A stretch of DNA of 64,000 nucleotides from Candidatus Niyogibacteria bacterium (lineage in GTDB: Bacteria; Patescibacteriota; Minisyncoccia; HO2-45-28), in the NCBI GenBank assembly GCA_016432485.1, contig CP066691.1:740944-804943 (forward strand), in the 5' to 3' direction. The position numbers and the translations under genes are program-made. Positions 28,950 to 37,439 of this stretch are shown piece by piece. Within the stretch, counting starts at the first letter, position 1; each line of letters opens with the position of its first letter. The notes beneath the pieces were generated by a model, which saw nothing but the letters and a program-made list of their open reading frames with translations, searched no databases and was not told the DNA's origin.

Positions 28950-29588
28950 ATGTCTTCAACGATCAGCCGCGCCATATATATTTTGACCTCGGCCGACATT
29001 CTGATTGTTTCGGCTTACAGTTTCATCATCCCGCTTTTCGCCATTTTCGTAACCGACCAGATTGAAGGCGCGACCATAACCACGGTTGGGTTTTACACCG
29101 CTATTTATTGGATTGTAAAGTCAATCGTTCAGATTCCGATTGCCCGATATTTGGACAAAAAAGAAGGGGAGGTTGATGAATATCACGCGCTGATACTCGG
29201 CTATTTTATCGCCGCCGGAGTCGCCTTCGGATATATTTTTGCCAGAAACGTTTGGCACATTTATCTTCTTGAAGGAATTTTGGGCATTGCCGATGCTCTC
29301 GGAGTGCCTTCGTATCTATCCATTTTTTCTCGGCACCTTGATCGCGCTCGCGAAAACATGGAATGGACCCTGCGCAGTGTCGGAGTCGGAATAACCGCGG
29401 CCGGAGCCGGGGCCCTTGCCGGAATTCTGGTTAAAAATTTTGGATTTAATTCGGTTTTTGTTCTCGGCGGCGTTTTGAGCTTGATTTCAGCATCTTCTCT
29501 TTTTCTTCTTAAACCATATTTAAAAACCAGAGACGGCAGGTCAATGGTTTATCAAATATCAAAGCCGCCTCGCAAGAAAACTTTTTAG
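28950..29588 (+). CDS. Half-size (6-TM) MFS-type transporter
   Basis: Six hydrophobic helices; MFS motif-A-like 'ARYLDK'. Confidence 0.75.
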   Translation: MSSTISRAIYILTSADILIVSAYSFIIPLFAIFVTDQIEGATITTVGFYTAIYWIVKSIVQIPIARYLDKKEGEVDEYHALILGYFIAAGVAFGYIFARNVWHIYLLEGILGIADALGVPSYLSIFSRHLDRARENMEWTLRSVGVGITAAGAGALAGILVKNFGFNSVFVLGGVLSLISASSLFLLKPYLKTRDGRSMVYQISKPPRKKTF

Positions 29589-29637
29589 CGCTTGTTATAG
29601 CCCCCGATTTATGCTAAATTTTTAAAAAGAAAATTAT

Positions 29638-29711
29638 GCGGGTGTAGCTTAGCGGTTTAAAGCGCTGCCCTGTCACGGCAGAGATCGCCGGTCCAAATCC
29701 GGTCACCCGCG
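29638..29711 (+). tRNA. tRNA-Asp(GTC)
   Basis: GCGGGTG/CACCCGC acceptor; CTGCC-CTGTCAC-GGCAG; G73; T-loop TCCAAAT. Confidence 0.9.
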
Positions 29712-29812
29712 CTTTAGAATATTTCACTCATTGATTCATCTCTCTTGACTTCCGGTCTGGATTTATCTAGTATTTTTGAGAATCCTTTGAACCATATTTT
29801 GGAGGTAAGGGC

Positions 29813-30595
29813 ATGCCCGATCGCGCTGTTAGAATGCATGACGAAGAAGGAGAGCCGTTAGGCGAATTGACCAGATCGATTTACACAAGAGCTATTTTGA
29901 AAATTTCCGGCGAGACATTAAGCGGGGAAGGCGCCAATGGAATTAACGCTTCTCACGTCTCTTTCGTTGCGCATGAAATCAAAGAGGCCTATGAACTTGG
30001 AGTGGAACTTGCCATAGTGATGGGTGGAGGCAACCTTGTTCGCGGCGAAGAGTTGGCCAAGACAGGCATTGTCCGCGAAACCGCGGATAAAATGGGAATG
30101 CTGCTTACGGTTGCCAATGCCCTTTGCCTTCAAGATGGATTGGAAAAGCTCGGTTTGCCTGTTCGCGTCGCTATTGCCCAGCAAATGCCAGATTTTGGCG
30201 AGTACTATGTTTCTCAAAAAGTAAGGCACCATCTTAGAAAAAGAGAAATAGTTATTTTGGCCGCCGGCACCGGCAACCCATTTGTTTCCACCGATACGGC
30301 TGCGGTGCTCCGCGCATGCGAGTTAAGAGCCGACGTTATTTTGAAAGCGACTAAAGTAGAAGGTGTTTATTCCAAAGACCCGCAGGAACAAGGAGCGGAA
30401 TTTTTACGAACATTGACTTCGGAACAAATGCTTCAATGGGGCCTAAAGATAATGGATTCAACCGCCGCTTCAATGGTCAAGGACAACCGTATTCCCATTG
30501 TTGTTTTCAGGATTTTTGACAAGGGCAACCTCCGCAAGGTGCTTTTGGGCGATCCTTCAGTGGGGTCGCGAGTTGATTATCAATCACAAATATAA
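29813..30595 (+). CDS. pyrH: Uridylate kinase
   Basis: LKISGE, GGGN, ADKMGML, GTGNPFVSTD, IMDSTA. Confidence 0.93.
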   Translation: MPDRAVRMHDEEGEPLGELTRSIYTRAILKISGETLSGEGANGINASHVSFVAHEIKEAYELGVELAIVMGGGNLVRGEELAKTGIVRETADKMGMLLTVANALCLQDGLEKLGLPVRVAIAQQMPDFGEYYVSQKVRHHLRKREIVILAAGTGNPFVSTDTAAVLRACELRADVILKATKVEGVYSKDPQEQGAEFLRTLTSEQMLQWGLKIMDSTAASMVKDNRIPIVVFRIFDKGNLRKVLLGDPSVGSRVDYQSQI

Positions 30596-30682
30596 ATCCG
30601 AAATTCAAAAAAAACCAAACCCCCCCCCTGAAGGTCGGGGGTTTTGTATTTTGATCTGGAATTTTGATATAATTTATCCATT

Positions 30683-31828
30683 GTGCCGGAAAAAAACATT
30701 GAAACTAAATCATTGGAAGAAACAGAGATAATTAAAAATCTTGAGCGTAGAGATGATTTTGAGGCCGAACGGCTTTTACGCTATCTTAATATGCCCGATT
30801 TGTCGCGCGAGGCGGACAGCCCTCTCAAGGAACTTGTTAGCCGAATTTTAAAAATTAAACGTTTATCTGATTTTGACGATATCAAAGTTCCGGAAATAGT
30901 TCCTGCCGACATCAGTTTTGATTTATTTAATTTTCCTGAAGACCATCCGGCGCGGAAACGCTCCGACACTTATTTTATTGACGATAATCATATTTTAAGA
31001 ACCCATACCACTATAATGTGGTATTACTGGCTTAATAACGAAAAAGTTAAAGCGCAAATCGCTGGGCAAAAATCCGTCGGCGCGCTTTCTTACGGAAAAG
31101 TGTACAGAAAAGACGAAATAGACCGAAACCATATGAATGTTTTTCATCAGATGGATGGCTGGTACTTGACCCCAAAAAAAGAAAAAACAATAACGGCTGA
31201 TGATTTAAAAGAGGTCTTGGTTGAAATAGCCAAAACCATTTTTGGCGCGCGCATAAAATACCGCTTTAATAAAGATGATTTTCCTTACACCAGCCCGTCA
31301 ATAGAGATGGAAATAGAGGTTGGCGGTCGTTGGGTTGAAGTTTTGGGCGCGGGAGTTGTCAGAGAAGTTGTTTTAAAAAATCTCGGAGTTGATCCCGAAG
31401 AATATAACGGCTGGGCTTTCGGTTTCGGGCTTGAACGGCTCGCGATTATCAGTATGGATTTGCCGGATATTCGGCTTTTGTGGTCCAAGGACATAAGGGT
31501 TCGGCGTCAGCTTAAACTTGGCCGAAAATTCGTTCCGGTTTCAAAATATCCGCCGATTACGCGCGACATTTCTTTTGTGGTTTCAAGCGATTTCGTGCCC
31601 AATAATTATTTTGATTTAATCCGCGATTTGGGCGGCGATTTGGTGGAAGAAGTTAAGCTGATTGATAAATATGAAAATTCCGAAAAATTCGGCGCGGGCA
31701 AAACCAGTTACACCTACCGCATAATTTATAGAGCACCCGACCGGACTTTGGTTTCGGAAGAAGTTGATAAAATCCAAGCGGAAATTTATCGCCAAACGGC
31801 GGAGCAATTTGAGGCGGAGGTGAGGTGA
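30683..31828 (+). CDS. pheS: Single-chain (organellar-type) phenylalanyl-tRNA synthetase: PheS catalytic domain plus FDX-ACB
   Basis: HPAR..SDTY, LRTHT, FHQMDG, FPYTSPS, EVLGAG, AFGFGLERLA, then SKYPPITRDISF...SYTYRIIYR..DRTL. Confidence 0.9.
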   Translation: MPEKNIETKSLEETEIIKNLERRDDFEAERLLRYLNMPDLSREADSPLKELVSRILKIKRLSDFDDIKVPEIVPADISFDLFNFPEDHPARKRSDTYFIDDNHILRTHTTIMWYYWLNNEKVKAQIAGQKSVGALSYGKVYRKDEIDRNHMNVFHQMDGWYLTPKKEKTITADDLKEVLVEIAKTIFGARIKYRFNKDDFPYTSPSIEMEIEVGGRWVEVLGAGVVREVVLKNLGVDPEEYNGWAFGFGLERLAIISMDLPDIRLLWSKDIRVRRQLKLGRKFVPVSKYPPITRDISFVVSSDFVPNNYFDLIRDLGGDLVEEVKLIDKYENSEKFGAGKTSYTYRIIYRAPDRTLVSEEVDKIQAEIYRQTAEQFEAEVR

Positions 31829-31852
31829 TGTTGGGTGTTTTAGATTTGATTT

Positions 31853-31886
31853 AAACGGCTCAACGGCAAGTCCCGTTGAGCCGTTT
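31853..31886. repeat. 14-6-14 perfect dyad, copy 1
   Basis: aaacggctcaacgg-caagtc-ccgttgagccgttt; same arms at 44229-44262. Confidence 0.9.
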
Positions 31887-31983
31887 GGGTTAAGCTATTG
31901 AACCATTGCGACGGGGTTGACCCACACACCCACTTTGCCATTTTTAATTTGCGCCTTGCGCTATGGCAAAGTGGGTGTGTGGG

Positions 31984-32011
31984 TTGACAAAGCATGTTGC
32001 TGGAGTATAAT
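31984..32011 (+). promoter_or_regulatory. Consensus sigma70 promoter
   Basis: TTGACA-16-TATAAT. Confidence 0.7.
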
Positions 32012-32113
32012 GCAAAGGTAGTTCTTAAACATTTATGGTCCGTCTGACCCCGCATAGGGCGGGGCAAGGACGACGCCAAAATCCCGCCGTAGGGCGGAGA
32101 GGAGGACTCGGTT

Positions 32114-32788
32114 ATGAAACCGACCCTGGATCAAGGAAGGAAGCTGTTGGAACTCGTATCACAAAGCGGAAGGTCAGCCAAATGGGTGCAGGAACAGCTC
32201 TTTGGCTCCGGGGCTTTCACGGACCTTCTCGCGGTGGACGACTTGGAGGGAGTACACCGCGAGAGCCATAGGTGCTTTCTTGGTCTCCCGCCCCTTACAC
32301 CCCCGCTTCTTGAGCCGTTCGGCACCGTCACGGTTCCCGCAATCGCCGAGAGATTCGTCGCTAGCGAGAAGTTTGTGGTGGACACGAGCAAGAGAGCAAG
32401 GGTGAAAATCGGATGGCTGGGCTCGGATTTCAAGTGCTGGTTTCTGGGCAAGACAGAGGAGCCGGTTCAGGAGGCGATCCTTCGCTGCGCCAGACTCACT
32501 CGTGACGCGTTCGACCGCGACATCCGTGAAGAGATTGGTACCGAGTTCGAGGAAACGAGCCTCGCCCAGGTCTACGCTCTTATGGAGCGTCAGCCGAACG
32601 GCGAGGCAGGTAAGCTTCTGACCAACGGTCGCGCGAACACCTTTTGCGTTCGCGACATCCCCGGCGTCCTCCGCGCTGTCCGCGTGAGCTGGCTCGCCGG
32701 CCACGACGGCTGGCGCGTGGACGCCTGCTTGGTCCTGAGCCCGAACTGGTGGTCCGACGGCGACTGTGTCTTCTTCCGCAATTCCTGA
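32114..32788 (+). CDS. GC-rich hypothetical protein with a DGR-target-like (C-type-lectin-like) C-terminus
   Basis: SD ggagga; ends 'W...GWRVDACLVLSPNWWSDGDCVFFRNS'; downstream hairpin 32839-32864. Confidence 0.65.
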   Translation: MKPTLDQGRKLLELVSQSGRSAKWVQEQLFGSGAFTDLLAVDDLEGVHRESHRCFLGLPPLTPPLLEPFGTVTVPAIAERFVASEKFVVDTSKRARVKIGWLGSDFKCWFLGKTEEPVQEAILRCARLTRDAFDRDIREEIGTEFEETSLAQVYALMERQPNGEAGKLLTNGRANTFCVRDIPGVLRAVRVSWLAGHDGWRVDACLVLSPNWWSDGDCVFFRNS

Positions 32789-33060
32789 GTCGCTGTGACT
32801 GTCTGAACTTTGGTCACTCTGATTCTAAAACCCTTAGCCCCTCGGGTCGCTTGCGACCCGAGGGCGTTGTATTTTTGGAAAGAACTTTATCTACCGCCAG
32901 ACGGCGGAGCAATTTGAGGCGGAGGTGAGGTGATGAGAGCGCATGGAATCACTTAATTAAATTCTATTATTAAATTCTATAAAAAATTCTATAAATGGTC
33001 AGATATTGTAGCGATAGCAGATTTATCTGACCATTTGGATTGAGTAAAATAATGGACTAT

Positions 33061-33089
33061 TTGACAAACCTAGCTAGCGGATGTATAAT
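33061..33089 (+). promoter_or_regulatory. Consensus sigma70 promoter
   Basis: TTGACA-17-TATAAT with TG immediately upstream of the -10. Confidence 0.75.
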
Positions 33090-33229
33090 TCTTTTATAGT
33101 TCTTAGAAATTTTTACTGGCGGTTATAGCCAAAAGTCGCTTGTTTCAGGCGTTTTCTGGCTATGACCGCCATTGGGGCGGTCCTCTGGCAAAACACACGA
33201 TGGGCACATGTGCCCAAAAGGAGAGAGAC

Positions 33230-33805
33230 ATGTCTCGATACTCCGAAGGCCAGACACACCAGTTGATGGAGGCCTTGCAGGCGAAGGGATTTACTCCCGA
33301 AGAAGTCACCATGCTCGGCCAGTACCCGAAACTCGGCGATTTCAGGTCGGTTCTCAACGGCCAAGCGGAAATCAAGATGACGGAACATGTCATCAATCTG
33401 GACGCCGACCCGTTCGTTCCCGACGGCTGGAGAGTGGAAAAGCACCAGAAGGGCGGTGGTTTGTTCAAGTGGGACCCCAAGAAGGTGCGATTCTATCTGT
33501 CTAAGTCCCAACTCAATGGTAAAGTCATTAAGGGGAAGGAGCTCCATGCGGAGCTTGAGGGCAAGCCGGTCCTGAACGCCAATGTTCTTGACTACCTTTT
33601 CGCCCACCCTTACCTCATCCCCGAGGAGTGGAAGAGGGACGAGCGCGGCAACACGCGCAACATCTCTTTTTGGGGTACGAAGTACTCCTTGCCCGGCTGC
33701 TATGTCATCCGATGCCTCTACTGGAACGGTGATACGTGGAGCTGGGGTTACATTTGGATCAACAGCATCTGGCTCGACAGTAGTCCCGCGGCTCTGCGCG
33801 ATTAG
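33230..33805 (+). CDS. GC-rich hypothetical protein with a Trp-rich DGR-target-like C-terminus (ATG 33230)
   Basis: SD aaggag; 'LNANVLDYL..HP.LIPEEWK...FWGT...CLYWNGDTWSWGYIWINSIWLDSSPAAL'; downstream hairpin 33820-33853. Confidence 0.62.
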   Translation: MSRYSEGQTHQLMEALQAKGFTPEEVTMLGQYPKLGDFRSVLNGQAEIKMTEHVINLDADPFVPDGWRVEKHQKGGGLFKWDPKKVRFYLSKSQLNGKVIKGKELHAELEGKPVLNANVLDYLFAHPYLIPEEWKRDERGNTRNISFWGTKYSLPGCYVIRCLYWNGDTWSWGYIWINSIWLDSSPAALRD

Positions 33806-33923
33806 CATTTCGGTTTTTCTCCCCGCGCCCCGGCTTCGGCCTCGGCACGGGGATTTTTAATACAATGAAAACGGCAGTTTGCATTGTTTTGAAGCAATAA
33901 ATCTGCTATAATTAAGATGTAAA

Positions 33924-35876
33924 ATGCCCAAAAAAAGCGCCAAAAAAATCTCTCCTAAAAAGGAGAAGAATGAGGGATATACCGCCAAAGACATTTATGT
34001 TTTGGAGGGACTTGATCCTGTGCGCAAGCGCCCGGGAATGTATATTGGCTCTACGGGTGTAGACGGCCTGCACCATTTAATCTGGGAAGTGGTGGACAAT
34101 TCCGTGGACGAAGCAATGGCGGGATTTGCCAAAAATATCTCTGTAACTCTTTTGCAGGGCAATAAAGTCAGGGTTGTGGACGACGGCCGCGGCATTCCGG
34201 TTGAACGCCACGCCCAAACCAAAAAATCGGCGCTGGAAACGGTGATGACCACGCTTCATGCCGGCGGAAAATTCGGCGGAGAGTCATATAAAATTTCAGG
34301 CGGTTTGCACGGCGTCGGCGTTTCGGTGGTGAACGCGCTTTCCAAATGGCTTGAAGCGCGCATTTGCCGCGACGGTAATTTGTGGGTTCAGGAGTATGTT
34401 CGGGGCAAACCGAAGTCGGCCGTTAAAAAAATCGGCAAATGTTCCGGTTCCGGCACGGCAGTAACTTTTGACCCCGATCCGGAAGTTTTTAAAGAAATAA
34501 AATTCGATTGGCCGAAGGTTTTAAACCGTATGCGCGAACAAGCGTATTTGACCCCGGGCCTGAAAATAACAGTTGAGGATAATAGAAACGAGGAAGAGTA
34601 CAACTATCTTTCGCATTCTTTTTATTTTGAAGGGGGCATTCGTTCGTATGTTTTGCATCTTAATCGCGGTTTTACGCCCCAGCATCAGAATATTTTTTAT
34701 GTTTCCAAAGACAGCGAAGGCATTTTGGTGGAAGTCGCTCTGCAGTTTGTTGATGATTTGCAATCGCGCGAGTCAAGTTTTGCCAATAATATCAATACGC
34801 CCGACGGTGGAATGCACTTGACCGGTTTCCGGACCGCTTTAACCCGAATCCTTAACGATTACGCCCGTAAAAACAATTTTCTTAAAAGCGATGATGAAAA
34901 TCTTACCGGCGACGATGTTCGCGACGGCTTGACCGCGGTGCTTTCGGTAAAAATCCGCGAGCCGCAGTTTGAGGGGCAAACCAAAGCCAAACTCGGCAAT
35001 CCGGAAGCCAGGAGCGCGGTTGAAACGGTTTTTGGCAAAGCGTTTTCCGATTTTTTGGAAGAACATCCGTCTGACGCCCGGGCTATTATTGAAAAAGTGC
35101 TTTTGGCCATGCGCGCCCGCAAAGCGGCTAAAGCGGCCAAAGACACGGTTTTACGAAAAGGGGCGTTTGACGGCCTGACTCTTCCGGGGAAGCTTGCCGA
35201 TTGCCAGTCTAGAAACGCCGAGGAGTCCGAACTTTTTTTGGTGGAAGGCGATTCGGCCGGAGGAAGCGCGAAATCGGCACGGGACCGCAGGACGCAGGCA
35301 ATTTTGCCGTTAAGGGGCAAAATTTTAAACGTTGAACGCGCTCGCCTTGATAAAATGCTTGCCAATCAGGAGGTTAAATCTTTGGTGATAGCTTTGGGCG
35401 CCGCGGTGGCAGAGGATCTGGATGTAACGCGCCTTCGTTACCACAAAATAATTTTAATGACCGATGCCGATGTTGACGGCGCGCACATCAGAACACTTCT
35501 TCTTACTCTTTTTTATCGCTATTTCAAACCCGTCATAGAACAGGGTTATCTCTATATAGCCCAGCCGCCCCTGTATCGTATTCAGAAAGGCCGCGAGGTT
35601 AACTATATTTATTCCGAAGAAGAAAAAGAAAAATTGTTGAAAAACAAAGGCATGGAAGATTCCAACATACAGCGTTATAAAGGCCTCGGCGAGATGAATC
35701 CCGATCAGCTTTGGGAAACCACGATGGATCCGCAAATAAGAACCCTTAAGCGCGTGACCATTGAGGATGCCGAGGAAGCAAACAAAACTTTTGACATATT
35801 GATGGGATCAATAGTTGAGCCGCGAAAAGCTTTTATTCAATCGCAGGCCAAGTACGTTCAGAATCTGGATATTTAA
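33924..35876 (+). CDS. gyrB: DNA gyrase subunit B
   Basis: VRKRPGMYIG, HAGGKF, EGDSAGG, PLRGKILNV, DADVDG, YKGLGEM. Confidence 0.96.
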   Translation: MPKKSAKKISPKKEKNEGYTAKDIYVLEGLDPVRKRPGMYIGSTGVDGLHHLIWEVVDNSVDEAMAGFAKNISVTLLQGNKVRVVDDGRGIPVERHAQTKKSALETVMTTLHAGGKFGGESYKISGGLHGVGVSVVNALSKWLEARICRDGNLWVQEYVRGKPKSAVKKIGKCSGSGTAVTFDPDPEVFKEIKFDWPKVLNRMREQAYLTPGLKITVEDNRNEEEYNYLSHSFYFEGGIRSYVLHLNRGFTPQHQNIFYVSKDSEGILVEVALQFVDDLQSRESSFANNINTPDGGMHLTGFRTALTRILNDYARKNNFLKSDDENLTGDDVRDGLTAVLSVKIREPQFEGQTKAKLGNPEARSAVETVFGKAFSDFLEEHPSDARAIIEKVLLAMRARKAAKAAKDTVLRKGAFDGLTLPGKLADCQSRNAEESELFLVEGDSAGGSAKSARDRRTQAILPLRGKILNVERARLDKMLANQEVKSLVIALGAAVAEDLDVTRLRYHKIILMTDADVDGAHIRTLLLTLFYRYFKPVIEQGYLYIAQPPLYRIQKGREVNYIYSEEEKEKLLKNKGMEDSNIQRYKGLGEMNPDQLWETTMDPQIRTLKRVTIEDAEEANKTFDILMGSIVEPRKAFIQSQAKYVQNLDI

Positions 35877-35893
35877 CACCTTGAGGTGTTTTG

Positions 35894-36868
35894 TTATAAA
35901 ACTCCGAAGGCGGCAAGCGGCGCTCCGGGAAAAGAAACCGCGGTATCCGGGTAGCCCAAAACTATGCCGTCTTTTTCGGCGACCGCCGTTTCCTGGAGTT
36001 TGCCGAATACATTGTAAATTTTAGCTATCGTTTCTCCGGTTCTGATAATTTCGCCGGGCCTGGTGAAATATCTGACTAATCCGCTGGTCTGGCTTTTTGG
36101 TCCGTCATAATATGACAGCGCTTTGTTCAAAAATTCTTTCGGCGGTTTGAAAAATAATTCAAGAGCTGGATCGGGCTTGACCATTTCTAATTCGGATAGT
36201 ATCCGCCATATCGCCGAAACTCCGTCGCGGACATTTTTTTCGTTTACCACGTAAGATTCGCCGAGCTCAAGGGTTAAAGCCGGAATGCCCGCTTTAATCA
36301 TGCTGCCCGAAAGAGTTTTGAATGAATCTGATTCGTCTTCTTCCTGGATCATCAAAAAACCGCTGGTAAAAGCAAGGCGTCTGGCGATGTAGTGAGTCGT
36401 TTTAAATTCTTTGCCCGGGTAGGGGTCAATAAGCAGATATGGCACTGATTTATTCCAGTCATTGTGCAAATCCAGCACAAGCTGCGGCTTTGTTGAAGTG
36501 ATAGTGGAAAAAATTGTTTCGGCCATGCGCTCCGAAAGGCGCCCGTTTTTATCTCCGGGAAATGAGCGGTTCAGGTCTTCTTCTATGACCGATATGTTGC
36601 GCGTAGATGCTTCAAATCCTATGGGGTTCATTATAGGCATTGCTTTGAGCGCTCCTTTCAGCAGGGGCTTTTGGCGGACACTTTTTACGACTTCGTGAAT
36701 GACTGCCGCGCCTCCGACTTCATCTCCGTGGACCGCCGCGGTAATCCAAACAGTGGGTCCGGCAATGCCGCTGTCAATCTCCATAATGGCCAGTTTTCTT
36801 AATGACAAATCTGAACCGGTCAGAATTTTTTTAAAGCCATATTTTATTCTCTGGTTTTTATCTTTCAT
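35894..36868 (-). CDS. Succinylglutamate desuccinylase/aspartoacylase-family (M14) hydrolase
   Basis: HGDE, DLNRSFPG, LDLH, LTLELG. Confidence 0.88.
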   Translation of the reverse strand: MKDKNQRIKYGFKKILTGSDLSLRKLAIMEIDSGIAGPTVWITAAVHGDEVGGAAVIHEVVKSVRQKPLLKGALKAMPIMNPIGFEASTRNISVIEEDLNRSFPGDKNGRLSERMAETIFSTITSTKPQLVLDLHNDWNKSVPYLLIDPYPGKEFKTTHYIARRLAFTSGFLMIQEEDESDSFKTLSGSMIKAGIPALTLELGESYVVNEKNVRDGVSAIWRILSELEMVKPDPALELFFKPPKEFLNKALSYYDGPKSQTSGLVRYFTRPGEIIRTGETIAKIYNVFGKLQETAVAEKDGIVLGYPDTAVSFPGAPLAAFGVL

Positions 36869-36990
36869 AAGGGATAACTAATTTTAAAATGGACGGCTAT
36901 TGACCGCAAGGCGTTATTTGGTATAATCAAAATAACAACCCCCTCGGGGGGTTTTTTAGAAGAAGTTTATCCGCATCGGTATAAAATAAT

Positions 36991-37182
36991 ATGGGTTTTT
37001 TCGCAAGACTTATTGATTATCTTAAATCCACGAGACTCGAGGTAAAAAATGTTAATTGGCCTACCCGTCGGGAGACCATTCGTTTCACTTTGCTGGTTAT
37101 AGCCGTCTCAGCCGGAATTGCCGCCTATTTGGGTTTTTTGGATTTTATTTTTATAAATATTTTGGAAAAATTCGTGCTCTAG
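36991..37182 (+). CDS. secE: Preprotein translocase SecE
   Basis: 'EVKNVNWPTRRE', one TM, upstream of nusG. Confidence 0.92.
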   Translation: MGFFARLIDYLKSTRLEVKNVNWPTRRETIRFTLLVIAVSAGIAAYLGFLDFIFINILEKFVL

Positions 37183-37187
37183 GCGGA

Positions 37188-37439
37188 TAAATTTTATTCG
37201 TTATCACTCTAAAATTTAAGCAAATATATGGCTACCCTGACACAAACTTTGCGAAAAATTAAACTTTTAAACTTTTTTACTTTTAAACGGCTTGTTTTTG
37301 TTGGCGGCGCGCTTCGCGCATTAAGGGACGCGCTATTCGTGCCCGCGCGCCGCGGGATTAAAAACGGCAAAGTTTGCGCGGGGTGCTCATATTTGCAATT
37401 AAATTTTATTCGTTATCATTCTAAAATTTAAGCAAATAT
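37188..37439. mobile_element. 172-bp hairpin insertion between 40-bp direct repeats, upstream of nusG
   Basis: Direct repeat 37188-37227/37400-37439 (39/40); enclosed sequence is a long inverted repeat. Confidence 0.7.

Larger units (their letters stand above)
31784..32935. mobile_element. About 1.1-kb islet bounded by a duplicated pheS 3' end
   Basis: 35-bp perfect direct repeat at 31796-31830 and 32901-32935, extending 5' with synonymous differences. Confidence 0.7.

Noticed and set aside
32993-33036. 13-bp inverted repeat upstream of the 33061 promoter
   Set aside because: Single copy with no duplication or partner; may be a simple operator or terminator, not enough to call
31840-33860. 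Complete DGR, and the several overlapping alternative ORFs here
   Set aside because: No reverse transcriptase, Avd or AAC-rich template repeat seen; the alternative ORFs are GC-rich shadows lacking SD or promoter support
37228-37431. 67-aa ORF between secE and nusG
   Set aside because: It arises from the duplicated start region and the hairpin insert; no protein features
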